IMG/VR virus record: IMGVR_UViG_3300047457_001050
Span: 1 to 54,163 of that record
DNA length: 54,163 nt
DNA from: a virus
Taxonomy: Duplodnaviria; Caudoviricetes
Reading direction: 5' to 3' (one strand)
Shown here piece after piece: positions 19,574 through 26,703 of the stretch (the first letter of the stretch is position 1; every line of letters starts with the position of its first letter). A program made the position numbers and the translations under genes. Under the pieces are notes generated by a model. The model was not told the DNA's origin. It did not search any database and saw only the letters and a list, made by a program, of their open reading frames with translations.

Positions 19574-19592
19574 TAGGGCCTCTTGGGCCCTA
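19574..19592 (-). terminator. Hairpin, probable terminator
   Basis: TAGGGCC..GGCCCTA stem followed by TTTC on the minus strand. Confidence 0.55.
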
Positions 19593-19636
19593 CTGCTGGT
19601 TACGAGCATCCAGCACCACTCTATCGTGTGGTCGTT

Positions 19637-19867
19637 TTAGGCTGCGAAACGATAATCTGCTTTTTCTTCTACTGATAATTCTTTATGATCATCGTCACTA
19701 TTATTTTCTTCACTGATTTGTTCAATACGAACATTGACTTTTTCGTAGTTACTTAAAACATCTAATAGGTCCCTTACATGTGTAAGAACCTGTAATTGAT
19801 CTAGGCTATCATCATCTTCTAATTCAATACGGACATCTAGGTCCCAGGCACGCATCTCAAGTTTCAT
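19637..19867 (-). CDS. Small acidic protein ending in DYRFAA
   Basis: AAGGAG SD; 5' hairpin at about 19888-19914. Confidence 0.65.
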   Translation of the reverse strand: MKLEMRAWDLDVRIELEDDDSLDQLQVLTHVRDLLDVLSNYEKVNVRIEQISEENNSDDDHKELSVEEKADYRFAA

Positions 19868-19942
19868 TTTGTGGCTCCTTATGCTATGAGAGGAAGGCTT
19901 ATGACCTTCCTCTCATATTTACAATTATCTGAGTATTTTATT

Positions 19943-19960
19943 TTTACAGATTTATTACAT
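19943..19960 (-). promoter_or_regulatory. Pho-box-like site
   Basis: ATGTAAT-AAAT-CTGTAAA versus consensus CTGTCAT-AWAW-CTGTMAY. Confidence 0.6.
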
Positions 19961-20970
19961 TAATGTTTGATCTGACTCCAAACACGACTGCGGATATCGG
20001 CCTGTAACTTGTCAGGTAAATGAACATAGTCAAGTTCTGCGCTTAACTTAGCACCGTTCTTAAATGCCCAATCAAAGAATTTAATAACTTCTTGGCTGGC
20101 CTTTTTATCAGCAGGTTCTTTATACATTATAATAAAACTTGCTGTGGTAACAGGCCAAGTATCCTTGCCGCCCTGATTTACAATACTCAAGCCCATTCCT
20201 GGAACTGAGAACCAATCTGCTCCCGCTGCGGCTGCTGCGAAAGTTGCGTCATCAGGGGCAACAAAGTTACCAGCCCGGTTTTGTAGCAACATGTAATTCA
20301 TTAAATTCTTCTTAACATAAGCATATTCAACATAACCTATGCTGCCTTTAATCCTATTTACATTGGCAGCAACACCTTCATTGCCTTTGCCGCCAACTGA
20401 ACTAGTAGCAGGCCATTTTACAGCAGCACCACGGCCCACACGCTTTTCCCACTCTGGGCTAACCACAGTCAAGTAGTCTGTCCAGTTGAATGTGGTTCCT
20501 GATCCATCAGCACGATGAACCACGGTGATATTCATGTCTGGTAACTTTTTACCTGGATTTAATGCTTGTAGTTTAGCATCATTCCATTTGGTAATGTTTC
20601 CCATAAACACTTCTGCCATAACAGGTCCTGTTATGCGAAGTTCACCTGGCTTGAACCCTTCAAGATTAACCACAGGCACTGTGCCACCTATGATAGCAGG
20701 GAATTGAACTTGACCCAATTTGTCAAGGTCTTCTCCTTTTACCGGAGCATCACTTGCTCCAAAGGCTACAGTTTTATTGTTGATTTGACGGATACCACCC
20801 GAACTACCAATGCTTTGATAGTTTAAGGTATTGCCTGTGGCTTTGTTATATGCTTCGGCCCATTTGGCATAGATAGGATATGGAAAAGTAGCACCAGCGC
20901 CGGTTATTTCTGCTGCTTGAACAGCCACAGAGAATAAAGCGGCCGCAGCAGCCATTAAAAATCGTTTCAT
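19960..20970 (-). CDS. pstS: Phosphate ABC transporter substrate-binding protein
   Basis: Signal peptide; GAGATFPYP, YQSIGSSGGI, FGASD, HRADGSGTT, GKGNEGV and IGYVE motifs. Confidence 0.97.
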   Translation of the reverse strand: MKRFLMAAAAALFSVAVQAAEITGAGATFPYPIYAKWAEAYNKATGNTLNYQSIGSSGGIRQINNKTVAFGASDAPVKGEDLDKLGQVQFPAIIGGTVPVVNLEGFKPGELRITGPVMAEVFMGNITKWNDAKLQALNPGKKLPDMNITVVHRADGSGTTFNWTDYLTVVSPEWEKRVGRGAAVKWPATSSVGGKGNEGVAANVNRIKGSIGYVEYAYVKKNLMNYMLLQNRAGNFVAPDDATFAAAAAGADWFSVPGMGLSIVNQGGKDTWPVTTASFIIMYKEPADKKASQEVIKFFDWAFKNGAKLSAELDYVHLPDKLQADIRSRVWSQIKH

Positions 20971-21000
20971 TTAAGTTTTCCTTTTTAGTTTAATTAGATT

Positions 21001-21101
21001 GAGATCAACAACGACAAGTAGTTTTACATTCGCAATAACACATACGAAGTTTTTCACATACCCAACACCAACATTGTTTTAGTTTTGTCATTGTTGATCT
21101 C
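21001..21101. repeat. 17-bp inverted repeat bracketing the Cys-rich ORF
   Basis: GAGATCAACAACGACAA (21001-21017) and TTGTCATTGTTGATCTC (21085-21101); the single mismatch is a G-U pair on the minus-strand RNA. Confidence 0.85.
21005..21091 (-). CDS. Unannotated 28-aa Cys-rich peptide MTKLKQCWCWVCEKLRMCYCECKTTCRC
   Basis: Strong AAAGGAG SD 7 nt before ATG; 8 Cys in 28 aa; fills the phoX-pstS gap. Confidence 0.65.
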   Translation of the reverse strand: MTKLKQCWCWVCEKLRMCYCECKTTCRC

Positions 21102-21113
21102 CTTTGCGTTATT

Positions 21114-23321
21114 TTACACGCCTATTAGTCCGCCGTCAACTCTGGTGATTACCAAAGTTGCTGAACGAGGACGACCTGAGACACCATAGCCTTGATTAGC
21201 GGGCCATTGACTTTGTGGTGCAGATCCTTTCCAAAAATCAGTAGTAGTGTCTTCACCTGGATGTTGAACATTGACAAATATAGTTCTACCATCTGCGGAT
21301 TCGGCGATACCGGTGATTTCACAACCAGCAGGGCCAGTTAAAAATCTACGCAATTTGGTTTCCCCTAGTTCGGCACCCACGAATGTGGCCTGATCTTTAG
21401 TAGCACCGCTTAGACTATTTGTAATGGTACGAGCACCACCATCCCCAACTCGACCTGGGATAGCCACTAGCAGTTGATTATGAACTTCATCTGTATAAGC
21501 ACCGTCATCTGTCTGTATCCAGCACAGACCAGTAGCCTTGCTGAACCATAAACCATCTGGGCTACTAAACGAGTTCTTAGCAGTGAGTTTTGAAATGTTG
21601 CTGGCAGCATTGTCCTCTTCTGAACCAAATAAGAAGATGTCCCATTGAAATCCTGTAGCAGTCTCACGCCAACGAATAATATGTCCATTGGGATTGCCTG
21701 TGCGCTTGATGCCATCTGGATCAGCATAACTTCTCGGGTTAGCACCATCTGTGGTCATTGGAGTGCGATTGCTGGCTGAGTTGTTGGTTAAAGCAAAGTA
21801 GATTTCACCATTGGCAGGATTTACAGCACCCCACTCTGGACGATCCATCTTGGTAGCACCTACAGCATCAGCGGCTATGCGAGTGAATACAAATATTTCT
21901 GCTTGATTATTAAACTTGAATGTGGCATAGTTGGCAATAGCAGGATTTGTAATACTTAACTCAATCCATGTGCCGGTGCCATCAGCAGCAAACTTGGCCA
22001 CATACAATTTACCTTCATTGAGATATTTGTCGCCAGCGGCAATGCCACCGCCTTGATCAGCAGGATTCCAGGGTTGAGCGCTGACAAACTTGTAGATATA
22101 CTCATTGCGACTATCGCAGCCCATATAAAACACCACAGGCTTACCTGCTTCCAATTTGCCATATACCGCGGCTTCATGAGCGAAACGACCCATGGCCACA
22201 CGCTTGACAGGTTGTGCTCCGGGGTTTAGTGGATCAATCTCTACATTAAAACCAAATGTATGAGGTTCGTTGCGGAAGTCTTCCTGGGCGGTGCTACCAC
22301 GAGCACTGGTATCCCAACGACTAAAACGCATGCCAGTGTCGGGTAAATCAGTGGGGGTATGCCATCCTTGACTGGTGCTGGCTGTAGCACTAGCAGACAA
22401 TGGTTCTGCTGCTACGCCATAACGCTTGCGAGTTTGGATGAGTCTAGCATCTACTGGATTACTGCCTTTGGGCATATGAGTATATACCGCCCAGTTTTCT
22501 TCGCAGGTTAACATGGTTCCCCATGGTGTTATGCCTGTTCCACAGTTGTTTAGTGTGCCACGAGCGGTAGCACCAGTTGGATCAAACTTGGTAGACATTA
22601 AACCTTTAATGTTAGCCATTTCTGCGGCCGGTCCGCTGATTCGCACGGGAGTTTGTGCTGTAACCCTTCTATTTAATCCGCTATCTACCTTGTATGTCCA
22701 ACCTGTGCTACCCTTGTTGATCTCCACGAGACTGACACCGTGGTGATTGATTTCTTTCAAAACTTCTAGCCCGGGACGAACACCTAAATCCCACTGACCA
22801 AACTGATCAAACTTTTTCCCGTTTTGACCGTTGCTGGTCTGCCCGTTGGGATGAAAAAAGTGTGCGTCTGCTGAACTTTCGTGATTCATTGCTAATACAG
22901 CACGATTGGTCATTTGTGTAGTATATTTCCCATTGGCATCGATATGGAATAATTCCACACCATCGTGGTGATCGCCTACACGCTGACTCCAGTCATCGGT
23001 CTCTGTGCCTTTGTTTGAATAAGCAGGAATACTACTTACTAGTCTATCTCCTGTGCCATGTAGCACTGTGAATTGATAACCCGGGGGTAGTGTGACACGG
23101 TCTAGAGTATTCTTTGGAACTGCTTCGAAACTCAATGTGCTAGGCGTAGGTAATAGATCTTCATCGCTACTGGCACAACCTGCCAGTGTGGCTGCTGTAG
23201 CAGCCGTAAAAAAAGCCGAACTTCCTTTAAGGAAACTTCGGCGATTTGGGTTGCCTAACATCTCTTTAATCACATCACTGATATGTGGATTGTGAGATGT
23301 ATTCTCAGTCTCTGTAATCAT
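21114..23321 (-). CDS. phoX: PhoX-family alkaline phosphatase, Tat-exported lipoprotein
   Basis: RRSFLK Tat motif, LAGC lipobox; HHDG, NHE, GTLNNC..TPWGT.LTCEEN, GRFAHEAA, MDRPE, SPDGL, EITG and NVQHPG motifs. Confidence 0.95.
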   Translation of the reverse strand: MITETENTSHNPHISDVIKEMLGNPNRRSFLKGSSAFFTAATAATLAGCASSDEDLLPTPSTLSFEAVPKNTLDRVTLPPGYQFTVLHGTGDRLVSSIPAYSNKGTETDDWSQRVGDHHDGVELFHIDANGKYTTQMTNRAVLAMNHESSADAHFFHPNGQTSNGQNGKKFDQFGQWDLGVRPGLEVLKEINHHGVSLVEINKGSTGWTYKVDSGLNRRVTAQTPVRISGPAAEMANIKGLMSTKFDPTGATARGTLNNCGTGITPWGTMLTCEENWAVYTHMPKGSNPVDARLIQTRKRYGVAAEPLSASATASTSQGWHTPTDLPDTGMRFSRWDTSARGSTAQEDFRNEPHTFGFNVEIDPLNPGAQPVKRVAMGRFAHEAAVYGKLEAGKPVVFYMGCDSRNEYIYKFVSAQPWNPADQGGGIAAGDKYLNEGKLYVAKFAADGTGTWIELSITNPAIANYATFKFNNQAEIFVFTRIAADAVGATKMDRPEWGAVNPANGEIYFALTNNSASNRTPMTTDGANPRSYADPDGIKRTGNPNGHIIRWRETATGFQWDIFLFGSEEDNAASNISKLTAKNSFSSPDGLWFSKATGLCWIQTDDGAYTDEVHNQLLVAIPGRVGDGGARTITNSLSGATKDQATFVGAELGETKLRRFLTGPAGCEITGIAESADGRTIFVNVQHPGEDTTTDFWKGSAPQSQWPANQGYGVSGRPRSATLVITRVDGGLIGV

Positions 23322-23380
23322 CTGCTTTCTCCTATGTAAATGATTGTTGCTAATATTTACATTTATATTAGCATTTAATG

Positions 23381-23398
23381 ATTACAGAATTATTACAA
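23381..23398 (-). promoter_or_regulatory. Pho box upstream of phoX
   Basis: TTGTAAT-AATT-CTGTAAT, about 60 nt before the phoX start. Confidence 0.75.
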
Positions 23399-23686
23399 CT
23401 ATTTGTTTAATAAGGAATTTTTAAGATCAAGATACTCAGAAATAAAATTCATCTTGTCTGCTGTAGAAGGCATGTCCTGCCATTCTGCTTCTTTGACATT
23501 CTTAGTAACAAAGATTTCATAGTCGTGTCCGTTGCCCTTGTATAAGTTTACAGTTTGAAAACCTGCGGGGCTGTCTGCTGCTTGAATTAAGGCCTGTGCT
23601 AGTTCTTTTAATGCGGCACGTTCTCCCACTATGTAAGCGGGGTCTTTGACATCCTTACCTGTGTATATTTGTAGTCGTGATCTCAT
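23399..23686 (-). CDS. Hypothetical protein
   Basis: ATGA overlap with the dnaE-like stop. Confidence 0.55.
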   Translation of the reverse strand: MRSRLQIYTGKDVKDPAYIVGERAALKELAQALIQAADSPAGFQTVNLYKGNGHDYEIFVTKNVKEAEWQDMPSTADKMNFISEYLDLKNSLLNK

Positions 23687-25347
23687 ACTAATTCTTGTAG
23701 TTTGATTCTTTTATGTTTGTATACTGTAACATACTCTGTGTTATTTTTATACCCCAATTTGCCCGTTCCCCATATGATAGGATGATCGTGTAGGCTAACG
23801 GCATGAGGTAAGACCACATCTAGATAACGACCATTGCCTGTGCCCAGTGTGACAAATGTTATATACTCTTTGGGCTTTGATTTAAACACACGATAGTTTG
23901 CTACCAGACCACAGAACTCTACCTGCCCTGGCTTGCGAATTTCCTGGCACACAGGTATAAAACTCTTTGAACGCCAACGACCCATTTTCATTAGATCCTC
24001 AATCTCGCCACCTTGACCTATGGAAGGCACAGCACCTGCTAACTTTGCTTCTTGCCAATAGACCCAGCGAGCATATGATCCTTGACAGTGTTTTAGAGCA
24101 GCACGCCAGAACGCTTCTGGATTGTGTGCTTTCTGATAGGCCAGAGCCCAGATCAACCTTCCCAAGTTTATAGCATGAGCACGACACAGGCCAAAATGGC
24201 TAAGTTCTTTCAGTGCCATGAACACATCGTCCTTGCGTGGATGATCTCCTACTAGTTGTAGGAACTCGAACATCTTTTCTTCATTCTTCTTAGCAAAGGC
24301 ACGTCGCCACATGTCTGCGGTATAACTATCACAGCCCAGGATTTCTGATATAAGTTCTATAGCATCATCTTCAAACACTATGGTATCCTGAAAACCATCC
24401 TTTGACCAATCTTGAAAGAAACTAGCCTTACGACGACCTTGTGTGGCCACCGGACGAATTAGAGCAGTGGCCAAGGTGCAGTCACTCTTGCTCTTGGGAC
24501 GAATAGCACGAAACAGACGTTTCATAGCAGGGCTTTCACCCTGTGTTACACCCAGTATATCACCACGACATAGTAGTTCGCTGGTAGCCTCATCATGTTC
24601 GGGATAGTCGGACAATGAACGCTGTTCTATTTCCCATAGTTGACTCAATCCTCTGTTAGCAAGTATATCTATTTTAAAGTGTTCTAGGTCCTCAATTTCA
24701 TATTTGTCCAGTAGAATTTGATTCTCAGCATTGATTAGGCTTTTAGGCACTGAGCGATCGAATATTAAGATACCTCCACAGTGTTTAGAAATACAGCGTT
24801 TCTTACCTAGTAGTTTTTTAACTAACCTTTTAGCATCTTCGGCAAACTCGGGCACGACCTTATCAAGGTCAATATTACGAGGTAGTCTACCCTTAGCACC
24901 ATATCTCTTAGCGGCTTCACGTATGGCAGACTTTTCTTTATAGGTCACATAGTTTGACACACGAGCACTCTGTCCTGGCCATCTTTTGTATATCCTGTTC
25001 ATAACAGTTTCTTGTTGCCAATGAGGAAAGTCAAGATCTATGTCAGGTAAGTCATCACGTTTAGGATTCATAAAACGTGCTAGTGGTATTCGTTCCTTCA
25101 CAGGATCTACATCTGATATAGCCATTAGATAGCAGATCAGGCTTGAGCCTGCTGAACCTCTGGTTATGTGTGGAATGTCACGAGTTAGGTCCAGTATTTC
25201 CCTAACTCTGAGAAAGTGTTTGGCAAAACCTAGTTGTGCTATGAGTTCTAATTCTTCTGCTAGTCTTGTGTTATATTCTTCAGTATCGGGTATTTGCCTA
25301 GTAAATTTGGTGATGAGGTGTTCTAGTTCCCTGTATCTTGATTCCAT
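23683..25347 (-). CDS. Miniature family C DNA polymerase (DnaE-like) without PHP domain
   Basis: RLAEEL.LI..LGF, RGSAGSSL, RFMNPKR..LPDIDLD, HCGG, KIDIL, AHA and a C-terminal OB-fold-like segment. Confidence 0.85.
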   Translation of the reverse strand: MESRYRELEHLITKFTRQIPDTEEYNTRLAEELELIAQLGFAKHFLRVREILDLTRDIPHITRGSAGSSLICYLMAISDVDPVKERIPLARFMNPKRDDLPDIDLDFPHWQQETVMNRIYKRWPGQSARVSNYVTYKEKSAIREAAKRYGAKGRLPRNIDLDKVVPEFAEDAKRLVKKLLGKKRCISKHCGGILIFDRSVPKSLINAENQILLDKYEIEDLEHFKIDILANRGLSQLWEIEQRSLSDYPEHDEATSELLCRGDILGVTQGESPAMKRLFRAIRPKSKSDCTLATALIRPVATQGRRKASFFQDWSKDGFQDTIVFEDDAIELISEILGCDSYTADMWRRAFAKKNEEKMFEFLQLVGDHPRKDDVFMALKELSHFGLCRAHAINLGRLIWALAYQKAHNPEAFWRAALKHCQGSYARWVYWQEAKLAGAVPSIGQGGEIEDLMKMGRWRSKSFIPVCQEIRKPGQVEFCGLVANYRVFKSKPKEYITFVTLGTGNGRYLDVVLPHAVSLHDHPIIWGTGKLGYKNNTEYVTVYKHKRIKLQELV

Positions 25348-25407
25348 GTTGTGCCTTTATAGTTGCCATAATATGGAATATTTAATACCAAGATACAGGG
25401 ATTTGGT

Positions 25408-25782
25408 TTAATTTTGAAAACTTGCTTTCTGTGCGGCCTGTAGTCTCTCTTCATCAGTTAGTTCGTAACACTTGGGCAAGCGGTTAGGATCACGTAGTAG
25501 ATCGTATTCTGATCGTTTAGTATAAGTTTTTCTAAAGTGACGGAATACTAACCAAGTAGCAAATGCCATGCTAACTACTGCCACATGCCCAATTACATTA
25601 TATCCAATGAGATAAAGTTCTCCTGCCCACAAACTAAATGCCACTGCCCAAAAACTGGCCAGTAACACACTGGTGATATATTTGATCTGTGGTGGAGCAT
25701 CTTTTAGAGCATTACGATTGGGATCAAGTAGTGCTACAAAGGCACGATATACAGCGATGAGAAATTTAATAAGTCCAAACAT
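25408..25782 (-). CDS. Hypothetical membrane protein
   Basis: GGAG SD; two TM helices. Confidence 0.6.
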   Translation of the reverse strand: MFGLIKFLIAVYRAFVALLDPNRNALKDAPPQIKYITSVLLASFWAVAFSLWAGELYLIGYNVIGHVAVVSMAFATWLVFRHFRKTYTKRSEYDLLRDPNRLPKCYELTDEERLQAAQKASFQN

Positions 25783-25804
25783 GGTCTGTGTCTCCTGTTA
25801 AAAA

Positions 25805-25993
25805 TTAAGATTCTTTGTCAGTCTTTTTACCGCAGAGATCTGGGTAAAATTGTTCATTACAGACATTGGTTACAGCATAGTGCTGGTCTTTGATAGCATA
25901 TAAACCAACGCCGATTAGAATAGGTAGCCCAAAGGCTACGAATGTAGCAATCACGAATTTCATAGTGTGTCCTTGTGTATTTGTCCTATACAA
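25805..25993 (-). CDS. Small membrane protein
   Basis: One hydrophobic helix; internal start MKFVIA is likely. Confidence 0.45.
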   Translation of the reverse strand: MYRTNTQGHTMKFVIATFVAFGLPILIGVGLYAIKDQHYAVTNVCNEQFYPDLCGKKTDKES

Positions 25994-26039
25994 ACATAAT
26001 ACAATATTTATGAAATGAAATCAATGCTGAATGGAAAAT

Positions 26040-26339
26040 TTAATTATTTTTCCGTAAGAGGTCCTGGCTCAGTTGACTTTCTTCACCAGCGCCCAATATA
26101 CAGGCAGTCTTACCTTTAAATTCAATTATGGTCCAGCCTGTGGTTTCTTTATTATAAAAGATTGAGAATGTGTGATCCTTTTGATCAACGCCCATCCAAA
26201 AAGGTTTTTCCTTATAGTCCTTTCCAGTGAGAGCACCAATAACCTTTTCAGTATCAGCACACATAACTGCTTTATAGGCAGTTTGTTGCGCAAGGGCAGT
26301 GATTGGAAATGACAATAGTAGAAATAAAATTTTTTTCAT
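26040..26339 (-). CDS. Small secreted protein
   Basis: Signal peptide MKKILFLLLSFPITALA; Cys pair. Confidence 0.6.
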   Translation of the reverse strand: MKKILFLLLSFPITALAQQTAYKAVMCADTEKVIGALTGKDYKEKPFWMGVDQKDHTFSIFYNKETTGWTIIEFKGKTACILGAGEESQLSQDLLRKNN

Positions 26340-26352
26340 TTGGAAACTTAGT

Positions 26353-26435
26353 AAACAGGATCCGTTTTGGGAGATCTACACGCTACACGTAGCGATTAAG
26401 AAGGCCAAATAGTTTGCTGTAAGGATCCTATGTTT
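26353..26435 (-). ncRNA. Candidate structured RNA (nested stems)
   Basis: AAACAGGATCC/GGATCCTATGTTT outer stem, TTTGG/CCAAA middle stem and CGCTAC..GTAGCG inner hairpin in a non-coding gap. Confidence 0.35.
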
Positions 26436-26439
26436 GTAT

Positions 26440-26703
26440 TTAATGTTTTGTAGAGAAGTTGGCCAATAAAAGGTCACGGATCATTTCTAGTTCTTCATCC
26501 GAAGATACTATTATTTTTTCATCTAAATCAGTATCACCTTCCCAAATGTGTTTAGGAAGTCTTAGAAACAAGTAGATATCTTTCCAGGTTGTTGTAACAC
26601 CTTGACTATAGCATAATTCTATCACACGAAAGATCTGTAGACAAATTTCTTTGTGTAATTGATTGACGTTCATGGTGACCCCTGTGTTACTGTAACAGAG
26701 CAA
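26440..26703 (-). CDS. Hypothetical protein
   Basis: Probable start MNVNQ coupled to the upstream stop. Confidence 0.5.
   Translation of the reverse strand: MLCYSNTGVTMNVNQLHKEICLQIFRVIELCYSQGVTTTWKDIYLFLRLPKHIWEGDTDLDEKIIVSSDEELEMIRDLLLANFSTKH

Noticed and set aside
23683-25347. Split-intein DnaE
   Set aside because: No intein junction motifs at either end and no partner half in the window.
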